NCBI GenBank assembly: GCA_051294375.1
Contig: CM119271.1
Location: forward strand, 1,482,721-1,546,720
Source of the DNA: Paraspadella gotoi
Lineage: Eukaryota > Animalia > Chaetognatha
Direction: 5' to 3'
DNA length: 64,000 nt
The notes beneath the pieces are model-generated. The model was not told the DNA's origin. It was given only the letters and a program-made list of their open reading frames with translations, and did not search any database. A program made the translations under genes and the position numbers. Numbering within the stretch: position 1 is the stretch's first letter; every line of letters begins with the position of its first letter. This document shows positions 50,656 to 63,558 of this stretch, one piece after another.

Positions 50656-53600
50656 CCTCCCCTTTTTTTAAATTTCTATCTTTTTTTTAGTCGGATCTGC
50701 TTATTAGCAGATCCCCACTAATATACTTAATGATGTCCGTCTGTCCATCCCACCTTAGCAAAAAAACACCAAATTAGTGATTTAATGGAATGAAAAAAAT
50801 GAATGCTTTAATTTTTTAAAAATTGATATAGAAATCAAGATGAATTTTGTATGTGTGTTGGAAAGTGTGTGATTAAGCTAGATATGAAGTTTTGAGAGAA
50901 ATCGTGCAATCAGAAATGGACAAAAAGAAAAATCACATTAACTCTTTCTCTCTCTCTCTCACATCATTGGATTATCATCTACATCATTTTTTTATTATGT
51001 ATATCTGTTATGATAAGTATGTTTGTCTCTTTGTCTCTATCTCTATCTCTCTCTCTTTCTCTCACATCATTGGATCATTTTTGATAGACTATGATTGATT
51101 GATTGATTTCCAATCATGACGGCATCAAAAAATCCTTAACATCGCATCCATAATTTAAATTATCATGGGCAGATCCGACACTGTTTGCTCAAACTTGTTT
51201 TTTCTTTCTTTCTTCTCTCTCTCTCTCCTCTCCCCCTCTTCTCCCTCCTTATTCGTGTTCCTCCTTTTCACATTTCTCTCTCTCTCTTTTTCTCTCTCAT
51301 CCTCATTCATGGCCCTCTTTTTTACATTTTTCTCTCTCTCTCTCTCTAGGGCGTGATCCTCCTTTTTCTTTTAATTGATGATATAGTGGGACAGACTGAC
51401 AAACAGACATACCTGATCTAATCGCGATGCCAAACGCATCCAGATTTATTAATCAATAGGTAATAAATTTGGCAATCAATAGTAATCAATAGTTATCTAA
51501 AGGCCATAAAAGATGAAACTTTTCAGATCAATCGCCATTTCCCCATTCCGGCATTCATCCAGTAAGCTAATAATTTTTTTTTTTATCTATAATCATTTTT
51601 TAAGCTTTTAAACTTGAGTCATATGCTCGTCATTCTGGCTTTAGCATCCAGTCCTTTATGCTTTGGCAATGCATATGTGTGTCGTGGTTTAGCCTGAATA
51701 TAAAATTTTGCATTGTGAAAGATAAGAGATCTGTGACTTCTGTCAAAGATGATCCAAGGTCCAAGGAGTTTATTTCACGAAGTTTGGCCAGCACTTTCAA
51801 TATCTGGACCCCAAAAAATGACACAGTCCCCTTAATGTAGAATAGTAGATAATTGTAGAAAATTGATTTATTGCAACTAGCCTTGGATCTTTTGGTCTGG
51901 GTTGAAGCATCAACTTTGGTTAAATGGGTTGAGTTGAGCTGGAGACTGGTTTGGTTTTTAAAGGCAGAGGGGACATGTGTGTAATCTGCACTAAAGCAAG
52001 TAGATCTATTATATTCTTGTCCAGAATCCGTGGGTTTGCATTATGAGTATGCAATCTTTTGGAAAAATTCATCCGGTTTTCTAAAATGCTAATATATTGT
52101 CCTTTGAGGTCATCAGAACTGATTGGATCTTGAAAGTTGATTGCTGCCATTTTCAGGGAGTGTTTCCGTATTTCACAGTAAGGGACTTGCTATTTCTGTT
52201 TAATCTCAACTTTCACCATTTTCAGTCGCTGAGAAGGGGAGAGCGAGAAAGAGAGAGAGTTGAAGCGATCTTGTTTTTAGTCGCCAGGTTCAAAGTTCGA
52301 TGTTTAGATGTTGAAAATTCCAAGTTTCGGTTGACGGAGAGTGAAGAGAAAGGAGAAAATTATCTTGTAATAAATATCAAGTAGGGTTTTGTTTCTAAAA
52401 TTATGCAGCTTCTTTGTAATAGTTTTGAAGCGCTTCTTAACGCGCGACCTACATAATCCGAGATTATCGCAAATAAAACAAATCTAAGTTTCATCTCTAT
52501 TCTTCTAGAATCTAGAGTGCCCAAATTTGTGCTCTAATTAATTATTGAATTCGAAATCCGTGTTCAACTGCTCTCAAATAAATATCTTTGGAAACCAAAA
52601 AGTTCTAACATGTAAAACACCTTAACTATAACCTTATATTCTTAAAACCATGTAATAAAGCAGAAACAGTAACCACATTTTGAGATAATACAATTTCCAA
52701 TCTCAGGTACAAATATTCATGGTAAGTAGACAGATAAGCAAGGAACCAAGGCAATGGTGAATGGTTGGTAAGCAATGTAGAGGAAGAAGGACAAGGTAGG
52801 ACAAGTTAAAACTACAAAAAATAGACGATGCTAAATTAGTAATAAATAAACTTTAAACTTAAAAGTAACATATATAACCTAAGTACAATTCAATATAAAT
52901 CCAATGTAAACTAACCTTCAATTTGGGTTCCAGAATAGAGAATAAAACATTGGCAGCTTTATAGCACAAAACATTATTTAAAGTATTTTCCTTTTCATTT
53001 TTACACGTGTTTGAATTGAGAGTAAATGACTTGTGAAAGATTAAACTGAAACACGCTCGTTCGTTAGCTTACATAACAGCTGATCGCGGGGAAGAGCAAA
53101 TTCAGATATTTAACGGAAAACAAATGATTCTATCGATCTAAACGAAACTAAATAATTATGCGAGAATAAAAGGGCATCGCTTTCTCCAGGTTTAGTCAAA
53201 ATCCTTTCTTTTTGGGGAGGAAGATTTGTCCAATTTAGTTGATTTCCGAGTTTCTGTTTTTGGTTGTTAGTGCAGAAAGATAGTTTCTTTTGGTAATTTC
53301 CACGGTTTTTTTTGCTTCGGGTTTGCACGAGAAACTGAATCCATGGAGTAGGGTAACGAGCCGCGAAGAAGGCGCCACTTGAGGGGTATTGAAGGCGTGA
53401 AGTAATAGAGGGAAAATAATGGTATATTTTGCGAAGAGTAGAAACGAGAGAATGTATTGCTAGACGAAATATACTGAGGGGCAGGAGGAGGAAAAAAGAA
53501 GAAGAGGAAGAGGAGAATAAGACGGCAGGCTAAATCCTCCTCTGCTAAAGATTCAAAAGTCACTTATATTCGTGTATCTTATGGCAACAGCCGGGTGGCC

Positions 53601-56600
53601 TGTGTTGCCCATTTGGATGGGGCATCTCACTGTTGGCTTTGAGAGCTTCCGACCCTCAGTGACTCTACCTGTCACTGGCGCGGTTACCCTAGGACGGTCT
53701 CGCTTTGCCAACGCAGAGGGAAGTCGTTAGGACAGTGGAATGGAACACAACTCTTGGGATGGTGCGTTCCCCCTCTGAGCCAATGGGATTGACTGAACGC
53801 TGGTGGATTTGAGGCGGTGTATTTCTTTAAAGTGTCGAAACTAAAATCATCATTTTGTTTTTTTTTATCAATAACTAATAACTATGAACGTCACATCGGT
53901 ATGTTCACTGTTCAGTAGGGTGGAGTGATGAAAAGATTGAGTGATTGAACATTATTTTTTTGCTGCCTATGGACATATAATTAATGAATTTTAAATTCTT
54001 TTAAAAAATTTTTTAGCAGTATAGCAAATTCAATTATTTATGTAGTAATATCCTTATAAAATCGTTAAATTTCAAAATAATTTTTTTGTTCTTGAGTGCT
54101 CCACTCTACTGTTCAGAGTCTTTGAAGGATCCTCTACATGATTCCATCTCCAACACTGTGCCCCCTCGGTAGCAGTGGAAAGGGTCTTGGGCTTGTAATC
54201 AGGCTTGAGGGTTTCCCCCCGAGGCGGTTTACGGCCGTCCTCACGCGTCCCGTGTTGGAAGCAGCCCTCCAATACCCGCAGGGTAGGTACCATTAGGATT
54301 CGATCTCGGTACCTCATGAGCCGATGGTATTAATTAATGTGACAGAGGGTTTCATGCTTATGAATAAATAAATCGATAAAAATTGCATCTTTATCGTTAC
54401 AATGTCAGTAAACCCTCTAACCTTTCAGACAAGTTGCTACGTGTCGAATGGCCTCGGGACCTGCGAAGCCAACTCCTATCTTCACTCCGGCTTCGCTTTC
54501 CTCCAATCCGCCCTCGACGCCGCCATCATCAGGAATCTGCTTCCGGTCGAGGACGACGCCATCGTTCCGCCCACGCCGAGTCGGTGGAGAGTGCAGATGC
54601 TCCCGCTACCGTTTCTCAAGGTAATAGAGCGGTATCTCTTCTTTTCTCTTTTCTCTTTCTCTCTCTCGTTGTTTCACTTCATTCCTCCATATCCAACCAT
54701 CCTCCAGGCCAACACGATTGTCCTCTCCTTCGTTATTCCGCTCCTTCTCCCCCTCACTGTGGCCAGCCTGCTCCAGGTGATAATGGTTTCCCTCTGCGTG
54801 GAAAAGGAGCGGAAAATCAAGGACTCTATGCGGGTCATGGGGATGATGGAGTCGAGTTTCTGGATCTCGTGGTCGGTCGTCTATCTCCCGGTCGGTGAGT
54901 GACCTTCGCAAGTCGTTGACGTTGAAGACGACAGTCAAGAGATCATGTGAAAAGTTTTAGCAAATGTACCACATTAGATTTGAAAAAAATTGATAAAGAT
55001 AAAAAGAAAAATATAAAGATAAAGATAAAAAAGATAAAGTTCAAAGAGAAAATATTTTTTTTTCGCCGAGCTGATGTCAATTTGTTTTTGTTCATTTAAG
55101 AAAAACCTCTTTTAAACAAAATTTATAAAGCCTTAATACGCCCGTCACATAATCGATGAATCACACTAGTGACAATCATGACCTTCCCATACCTTACTCA
55201 CTCCCCAGGATTGGCCTTAGCCTCGATCATAACCATCGTGGCCAAAGTTGGATCCTTCCTCGGTCCTCGCTCCGATCTCGCCGTCTTCTTTCTCCTCAAT
55301 CTTCTCTACTGCTTCTCCGTCGTCGCCCTCGCCTTCTTTCTTTCTTCCTTCTTTCGAAGATCGAAGACGGCCTCGGCTTTCGGTGAGAATCATTTTCCGA
55401 TATAAAGAAGACCATATTTAATATTTCGGGCTATAGAATAAAAAAAATAATCAATACTTAATTACTTAATTACTTAATCAAACTACGACAATATGCAAAT
55501 GAGATTGATGAACTTAATCTCACATTTCCTTGTTTTTGTTTCATTCAATGTCAACAACGAATTTAATTTCAAACGTTTTTCTCCCTTTTCAAAATCCCAG
55601 GCTCCATGTTCGTAACCATGGTGACGATGCTATACCTCTCGGTCCAGATTCCGGCGGCGATTCAGGCGTGGGTTCCGGTCTGGGCGCATTGGGTGCTCGG
55701 TCTTCTTTCTCCCGTCGCTTTCGCTCAGGCACTCAATTCTGCGATCAGGCTCGATCTGGCTGACCCTCGCGGTGAGGAAAGGAGCCTGGTAAACTGACAA
55801 GTTAACTTACTCCCTGAGATAAATTCTTTTTACGATTAGCCACTCTTTGTCACCACCATCAGGTCTGCAATTTTCCAACTTGGACGAAATTGTGAAAACT
55901 GGATTCGAATGGAAGTTTAGCGTCGCTGATGGAATCCTGCTGCTCGTCGTAGATTCCGTCGTCTATATGGTGCTAGGTGAGAGCGAGACAAAGAGAGAAT
56001 CAAACACAGAGCCTCAGTGCCGGAGGAAAAGATAGTTAAAAATATCTGTACTGTATTAGCAAACATACCTCAAACTAACCCCCTAAACCCATCCTAGCGA
56101 TATATCTGGAGAACGTCTTACCCGGCACGCTGGGCCACCGCCTCCATCCTCTTTACTTTCTGTCTCCTTCCTACTGGCGATCGACTCGATCTTCCGCCGA
56201 CGAGGGCGCTCCGCTCGTGGACGGACTCGACGCGGACGAAGTTGCCGTCAACGTGCCGGAGACGGGGAGGAATGTGGAGCCTGTCGCCAAGGAATTGAGA
56301 GGTGAATGAGGGCGATGAAGTGATTGGATTTTATGCTGAAATGAGGAATTAAAGTGACAGAAATTTAGTGATGAATTGATGAATAAACGTTTATAATGCA
56401 GCTGTAGCGCCCTGTTAATAGCGGGTTAGGCACACCGTCTCGCGAAACTTCCAGGCGGCCACCGGGTTTGAACCCCAGACCTTTGGGTTGTTAGGCGAAT
56501 GACTCGCCGCCGTGTCAAATGACCTCGCTGAATGGTTGGGTGTATTTTCATCCACAAGAGAATTAAAGACTTCCGTCCTTCCTTCAGGCAGAGACGTCCT

Positions 56601-59600
56601 TCGCATATACCATCTGACCAAAGAGTTTTCAACTCGCTCTTTCCTCGGAGTTCAAACCATCACCCGCGCCGTCGACGGTTTCTCGCTGGACGTTTACGAG
56701 GGTCACGTGACTTGCCTTCTGGGTCACAACGGCGCCGGAAAATCCACCCTCATTAATTCACTGGTGGGACTCGTGACGCCCACTTCCGGCACAGCCACCT
56801 TTCACGGACTCGACGTGACCCGCCCGGCGGACCTCGCCCGCGTTCGCCGCCTCACGGGTCTTTGCCCTCAGAGCGACGTTCTCTTCGACGATCTAACTCC
56901 CGAAGAACACCTCGTCGTTCTGGCGCGATTCCGCGGCGTGGCGGCGCCGGTCTCCGAGGCTCAGCGACTCCTCGACGCCGTCGGGCTGGCGTCTCGGTGC
57001 CACACCCTTGTTAAGAAGCTGACCGGCGGGGAGAAACGGAAACTCTCCGTCGCCGCGGCGCTGGTTGGCGGACCCAAGTTCGTGCTGCTCGATGAACCGT
57101 CGGCCGGGCTGGATCCGCTCTCGAGGAGAGCGTTGTGGACTTTGTTAGAGGTGTGTTTGTACGCCGCTAAACCATTCCATTTTAATTTATATTCCATTTT
57201 AATTTAATCTTTGTTTCATGTTTCATTCCATTTCAAATCATATCTACTATCTAGTAATTTCGACCTTTGTTTCATTCTATTTTAATTTATATTCAGTTTT
57301 TTTTAATTCATCAACAGAAGGAGAAAAAGAACCGCGTAATTCTGATGACGACCCACTTCATGGACGAGGCTGACATCCTCAGCGATCGCAAGGCCATCAT
57401 CTCCGACGGGAAACTCAAATGCGTGGGAAGTTCTCTCTTCTTGAAGAACCGCTTCGGCATCGGGTATCACCTCAACATGCTGTTGGAAGATTCGCAGCCG
57501 GCGAAGGTAACATATTTGATTTCAACTATTTATAAATTTCTAATTTGTCTTGAAAATTACCTTCCTTTAAAGGCCGGAGACTCTTCTCTCGGCGCCGTTC
57601 GTACCTTGGTGGAATCCTTCGTCCCCGGTGCCTTCGAGTTGCGTCATCACGGAGATGAAATCAGCTTCGGTCTCCCCTTGGCCGAAGTCGCCAAGTTTCC
57701 CCCGCTTTTTCGGGCGAGTAGTTGGGAATATGGCTTTGGCCATGTAGCGGTCTCAATGCATCATCTCAATGTATTATCTCAATGTATTTCAAAACCATTT
57801 TTTCAGGCCCTCGACGACCTGACCCAACGACGCAGCTCCGACTCACCCATGTCACTCCGCAGCTACGGGGTCAGCCTCACGAGTCTGGAAGAAGTGTTCC
57901 TTCGTATCGCCGAGGAAAGGGAGGGGCAGACGGACCAGGGGGAGGAGGAAAAGCTGGCTGTCCGGATGGCCAAGGGGAGATTCCGGAAAACGTCGAGGTG
58001 AAAACGAAAAAAATTAATTAGGCCTAAATGAAATGAAATATAAGGAAAAAAACTATATTCATTACAGAAAAATTAAAATTATAAAATTACATTACAAATT
58101 GTATAATTTCTCCTTCCAGGTCTGCGTCGCCTGCTGTTCCAACCGACGCTTCGGCTTCTCAAAATGGTTCGTCCCGTTCTCCACCATTTTCTCCGAATGT
58201 CGCAGTCAACTTTGTCAACGGAGCAGAGCCTCATGTAGTTACTAGCAGTAAGTTTTTTGTTAATTAGTTGTAGTAATGTAATATAACCCTTCGCTTCGTT
58301 CTTTGTCTTGGCAGATTCTGGAAACGCCGGAGAAATTATGATGGTTCAATCTCCGGGTAAATTTTTGACATTTTGATCTTCCTTACTTTTACCTCGACCT
58401 ATGCCTCTCCTTCCGCACATCTCACCTCTCCCTTTTACCTTTTAACTTTGACCTCACCTTCAGTCGGCCTCGTTCTCCAACGTTTTCTCGCCCTCCTTCG
58501 CCTTCGCTTCTCTCTTTTATCCGCGAGTCTTGGTAAGTTCTCAGTCTTTTCCGAAAGTGAATTGGATCATCAGCGATTCCTTACCTCAACAACCAGGCTC
58601 CATCTTCTACGTCTTCGTAGTCCCCTCGTTAATGATCGTCTTCGGCTCCTACATTCTCACCGTCAATCCGGGCGGCGTTTTACGGCGCCGCCACGACTCC
58701 GGCGTTAAATTCGGCGCCACTCATCTCGGCGCCGTTCTCTACGACGCCGACCCGGCGATTCCGGCCTTCGAGGCGTCGGCGGTGAAGAAAACTCGGCGTG
58801 CGTCGTTGGTCGTCGCGGATTTGGATCACGACGACGCGGCGATGGAGGCGTTGAATCGGTCGGGGGCCGGCGCCGTCGCGGCTGGTGAGAGAGAGAGAGA
58901 GAGAGAGAAAGATCTGTGATTTATCATTTATATGGTTTGCTTTTTAAGGCCTTCAAACCCGCGGCTCCTCACCCGGTGAGAATCAGACGCTTTTCTACAA
59001 CGTCTCCATCCATCTCTCGATCCCGGAGACTCTCAACTGGGTAGCCAACTCTTTGGCGAAGATCGTGGATCCCAATTTCTCCATCTTCACCACCAATCTT
59101 CGCTTGCCCCTCGATCGAAACGACAATCCCTTCGCTTCGCAGGTGGGGGGAATCTTAGAAAACTAATTTATATATAATATATATTATTATATATATATAT
59201 ATATACTATTATTGTATATATACATATATATTTATATTATATATACATAATAATGATAACATTAAAATCCTCAATAAAGAAACATTCTCTCTCCACTCTC
59301 CAGTCCGTCTTTCTCATCGCCTCCGCCCTCGTCTTCTCTCTCCCCATCCACGCCACCATCGACGTCGTCCGCGACAGAAGCTGCAAGACGCGACACCAAT
59401 TGCGCGTCATGGGCGTCGGGGTCAAGACTTACTGGTCCGCATTGTTCGTTTTCGATTCATTGCGCGGACTCGTCGTCGTCTTGGTGGCCATCGTCAGCTT
59501 GAGAGCGTTTGGGGTGAGAGATAATATAATATATAATCTAATATATAAGAGACTGTTAGAGAATCTTGATTGAAAGCTTGCTATGTCATTATCTTGTAAG

Positions 59601-62600
59601 TGTGATGGAGGCCTTAAATCACCTAAGCCTGTCCAAAGTCGGGGGCAAGATAGCTTATTTATTAAATTAATGGATAATTTTTATATTGGCTGTACCAATT
59701 TCATATAAAATATGCCATGCATATTGCATATATAATTATATATCTTGACATCTCTGACCCCGTGAAGGCTCAGGACGTCAGCCACGGCGCTATCTTTTCG
59801 GCCGTCGTTTTCTTTTTCATCTTCAACATTCCGCTGTCAATTCTGCACGGTTACGTCTTTTCCTTCGCTTATGACAAGCACGAGACCTGTCAGAGCTCCT
59901 TACCAGGTGTGCTGTATTGAAAAGAGCTTTGTCGTATTGTCTATAGTTGTCATTACATATATATCAAATTGTGTTGTGATGACATTTTATTTTTTTACGT
60001 ATTACTATTATTTTAACCTTTTTTTAGGAAAAACGTCACCTTACTACTTACTTACCTTACTTACTTACTACTATCTTTTTTCGTCATTTTACTCAGGCTT
60101 GCTCCTCCTCTTGTCTCTCGTTCCCTATGTGCTAATCCAATCTCTCCACCTACGTTTCCCTCTCGTCTCGGTCCAATTGCACTCCGTCGTCGGCATCCTC
60201 TTTCCCACTTATAATCTCTACGGAGGCCTCTATTTTTTGATGCAGTTCAAAAGCCGGACGGACATAGGTAAGGAGATTTTAATTTATATTTACGAGTATT
60301 ATTTTACTTATATTAGTGAAATTTATTTACAGTCGACCGAGATTTCTTTCTCTCCGACGTATTCGCCGACTCCGAGATCGGTCTCTCCTTCACCGCGATG
60401 ATCATCTGGACGATCATCTTCGTCACGGCGCTGCCGTTCCTCGACGCTCGCGCTCGCGGCGCCAGGCGGACTTGTTGCGGCGCGAAGCCGTTGTCGGTGA
60501 TCGTGGAAGCCAGTGACGCCGTAGAGTTGGAGGGTGGAAGGTGAGAGAAAGAGAGAGAGAGATTCGTAATTGAAAACTTTTATCATCTCTCGTCACACCC
60601 TTTGCTCTCCCGTCCCAGCTCCCGACCCGGTGAAGACTCTGACGTTGCCCGCGAACGCCGCACGGTCCGCTCAATGAACCCTCAACACTCGGACGAAGCG
60701 CTGCCCGTCGTCGTCCGGGGAGTCAGCAAGTCCTTCGTCAAGAGATCGTTTTGGTCGCGGAGGGTGACGGAGGAAAAGGACGCCGTCAATGAACTAAGCT
60801 TGGCTGTGGGGAAGGGCGAGATATTTGGACTCTTGGGACCCAACGGAGCTGGTTGGTGGAATTTGGGAAACAGACGGGGATTTGAATGAAAGACTAGAAC
60901 ATTAGTTTAACTTTAAGTGTTTCGTCATCTGGTCTCAGGCAAAAGCACCACAACGAGCATCATCATGGCGGAGTTGGCCGCCGACGAGGGTCAAGTCTTC
61001 GTCGCGGGACACGACGTCGACGTCTCTTCCTCCAAAGTCTTTCGGAATACAGGTTCGGGGCGAAGTTTTAGTCGAAGATCAAGGAGAAATGAGACCCGTA
61101 GTTAGTCAATCGTTTCATTTACTTATCTCACCCTTTTTATCATCGACAGGCTACTGCCCCCAACACAATCCCCTCTACGACGATCTTACCGTCCTCGGTC
61201 ATCTCCGTCTCTACGCTGCCATCCGCGGCGTCGAGACTCCGCGTTACGCCGACGCCGCCGCGCAGCGCCTGTTAACGCGGCTGCAGCTCTCCGCGCACGC
61301 CGAGAAACGCGTCAAGGCTCTCTCTGGCGGGACGAAGCGGAAGCTCTCCTTCGCTCTATCCTTGCTGGGAGATCCCGAGGTGGGAGAGATAAATGAAGAG
61401 ATTTTGTTTTGATGAGTTTAAATTTAAATTTGTTTTTCTTTTAACCGACTCGCTCAGGTGGTCATAATGGACGAACCCTCGACCGGGATGGATCCCGCGG
61501 CCAAACGATTCCTTTGGGACGCCATCTCAGATTCGTTTCGGGGTAAGGTTTTGGTTGTTGCTCGTTGTTGTCGCTAATGTTGATCAGCTGCTTCGGTTGA
61601 TAGGTTGGGTCTGAATGTACATTGTAAAAAAAACTTTTTAATTAATTTATCCCACGTCGACAGGGACAAGTCGTGGAGCCATCTTGACGACGCATTCCAT
61701 GGAAGAGGCGGACGCGATCTGCTCGCGAATCGGGATCATGATCAAAGGGGAACTGCGGTGCCTCGGGTCCGCGCAACACCTCAAAGACAAATACGGCAGC
61801 GGGTGAGTTGGTAACTTGGCAAAGTAATACTCGTAATGTTAAATATTCACATTAAATAATTAGTAATGATAATGATTATTAGTTAATTTTAATTCGAGCA
61901 ATAAACTCTCCCGCAGCTACTCTTTAGAGATCAAGATAAAGCCGTCGGCGTTGACGAGCGATTCGGCGCAAGACGAGGCTATCCTCCGCGTCCACGCGCT
62001 CATGGGCGAGATGTTCGCGTCGGGGATGCCAGTCGACGAAGATTCGGCCGCGGATGATCGGGTCGTCGTCAAGGAAAATTTCGGTGAGCATGGAATGATC
62101 GATGCCATTGTGGAATCAGTATGTTGGATGAAGGAATTCTGTTATCGGTCGGCATTACCAGGCGTGCCGTTTGTTTCGCCTCCGCCTGGGAGAATCGACG
62201 AAGCGTAGAATAGACAGAAACAAAAGGCAAGCGTTGATAGGCGGACCGAGGATGAATCCTATATTCGCTAAAGGAATCGGAGATATTAACATATAATTTT
62301 TTATAAAAAAAAGATAAAATCAAAATAGTGTGCAGGATTGTAGCGGTAGTATTTCATACCCCGTCGTCACCTCGTCCGAGAATCAGCAGCACCTATGGCG
62401 CCGGAGAAGCGCGAGCTCCTCCTAACCCAAAGGACTCGGGTTCGCGCCCTGCTGATTCACACAGGAAAGCGCGCGGCATCGTCTTCCACATTATGTTATC
62501 TTGTAAGAGGGATAGAGGCCTTTAGCCACCATAGCTTATCCAAAGTCAGGGGGAAGATAGCTTATTTGTTAAATGAATGGATAATCTTTATATTGGTTGT

Positions 62601-62864
62601 CCTAACTTCATACTTCTATTTTTTCTTAAACGGCTTTTTTTCCTCTTAATTCCCCCTTCCCATTTTTACTCTCTCCCCTAAGGCGGGAAAATCGTCTACA
62701 AAATCCCGAAAGATCTCGTTTCCAGCCTGGCGGACGTGTTCGAGGCTCTGGAGCAGAGCAAGACAAATCTCGACGTGGAAGAGTACAGCTTCAGTCAGAC
62801 GACGCTGGAGCAAGTGTTCTTGGACTTGGCTAAGCAGCAGATAGAAGTTGGAAGCTCCGCCTGA
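35617..62864 (+). CDS. ABCA-subfamily full transporter (ABCA5-like); exons 35617-35662, 35869-36031, 44327-44591, then many exons from 54429 to 62864
   Basis: N-terminus [22 protein letters not shown] + TM; ECD AGLQF...IDYDIRLP; [23 protein letters not shown]; [15 protein letters not shown]; NBD1 [30 protein letters not shown]; NBD2 [30 protein letters not shown]; [12 protein letters not shown]; splice phases match. Confidence 0.9.
37013..43388 (+). CDS. PRDM9: PRDM9-like histone methyltransferase; exons ~37013-37377, 37475-37585, 38635-38828, 39156-39272, 39352-39450, ~40039-40199 (boundary uncertain), 41446-42225, 42288-43388
   Basis: aKRAB-like [24 protein letters not shown]...PKF; SSGDEWQ; SSXRD-like RPLRKE...NY; knuckle CIWC...CPLKPDH; [40 protein letters not shown]; tandem near-identical C2H2 fingers. 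Confidence 0.8.
37800..38552 (+). mobile_element. TRIM family B: LTRs 37800-38054 and 38295-38552
   Basis: Direct repeats with TG...CATA ends, 4-bp TSD ATGG, PBS TGGTGCAGCC at 38057, ggggatcc before the 3' LTR, three internal gggtacgct...cgcctatgccc repeats. Confidence 0.9.
39785..39905 (-). mobile_element. Degenerate tRNA-like SINE head
   Basis: Minus strand tggcgaatg... and B-box-like gtgttcaatcc. Confidence 0.4.
40260..41390 (+). mobile_element. Helentron-type non-autonomous element (partial), related to 46057-47360
   Basis: Shares cgcttttgcgcataagtggcg, the gctgcttctgc blocks and the 3' aaatttgtcgtcaat...tatgcgattgcgacgat with 46057-47360. Confidence 0.6.
42830..43455 (+). repeat. 84-bp C2H2 zinc-finger minisatellite array (6 in-frame fingers plus a frameshifted 7th)
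   Basis: cacacaggtgaaaaaccctacaaatgctcttactgtgaatctgca repeated with near identity. Confidence 0.95.
44645..45231. mobile_element. Palindromic MITE, Kolobok-like (TTAA-type target)
   Basis: ataa|GGCGTAGTGAA ... TTTACTACGCC|ttaa; inverted symmetry across most of its length. Confidence 0.7.
46057..47360 (+). mobile_element. Helentron/DINE-1-like non-autonomous element with an expanded T/C-rich simple repeat
   Basis: 5' subTIR attgtcgcaatcgc with nearby IR tttgcgacgat, 3' subTIR gcgattgcgacgat, T-rich flanks. Confidence 0.6.
48426..49200 (+). mobile_element. Helentron/DINE-1-like element, family 2
   Basis: subTIRs gtcgaatctgc / gcagatccgac, adjacent IR gcagatccc, gtcc microsatellite, T-run insertion site. 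Confidence 0.7.
50122..50257 (+). mobile_element. 3' half of a family-B LTR
   Basis: Matches ~38417-38552, ends ggctgttgccata. Confidence 0.85.
50683..51203 (+). mobile_element. Helentron/DINE-1-like element, family 2 (second copy)
   Basis: gtcggatctgc ... gcagatccgacactgtttgctcaaacttgttttt; same ends as the 48426-49200 copy. Confidence 0.7.
53580..53821 (-). mobile_element. Solo family-B LTR (near full length)
   Basis: Reverse complement of the 37800-38054 LTR, starting tatggcaacagccggg. Confidence 0.85.
56400..56530 (-). mobile_element. tRNA-derived SINE in an ABCA intron
   Basis: Minus strand gagtcattcgcctaacaacccaaaggtctggggttcaaacccgg, similar to the head of the 7270 SINE. Confidence 0.65.
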
Positions 62865-63558
62865 TCTCAGGAGATCTTTTGATGAAAAACTTATCTTTTT
62901 TTTTTCTTTTGATCTCGTAGTTAGTAGTTTTAATGAATCTCTCTACCTTTTGACATGGATTCCGAGGCGCGAGCCACACACTAGACCTCTTGTATGTTTC
63001 GCGGTTTTGCCTTATTTATTTTTTTTTCCGCTGTCATTTTTGCTACTAACCAAATTGAGCGAATTAGGAATTAATTTTTCTATTTGCTGACAGTGTTACC
63101 TTTGAAATTAAATATTTTTTTCCTTTGTAACCATGTTGTGATATTTTTTGCTACTGTCAAAATATTCAATTATCCCCATTGGCTCAACTTAAAATTAAAC
63201 GTCAGCATTACACCATTAGGGTGTTTGCAAGAAAGTAATTAATACATTTTTGATAATGTTTTCACGTTTTTCAAAGATGATATCTCGCATTATTTCCCGA
63301 CAGCGAAATCGCTTGAGTCGCACACCGTTATGCGCTTTACCCAAAGTTGAAGCGTAAATTGGAGAATGTCGAAGCTCGACGTCGACCGAGAATTTTTAAA
63401 TCATTCGACTTTCACATCATGAGTTCGTCCACTTTGACGCGAATCGCGAGAGAGTCGTCATCTTCAAACTTGACTTCCAATTTAGACGAGACATTTACTT
63501 CTGCTTGACGCTTGGAAGTAACATGAGCCACTCTATCCTCGCGTGACCTTGAGATCGA

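Larger units (their letters stand above)
45236..51831. mobile_element. ~6.6-kb Kolobok-like DNA transposon (degenerate) with nested insertions
   Basis: TTAA|GGGGACTGTGTCTTTTTT ... AAAAATGACACAGTCCCC|TTAA. Confidence 0.7.

Noticed and set aside
51920-52150. Minus-strand 76-aa ORF, possible LINE relic
   Set aside because: No recognisable RT, endonuclease or other motif
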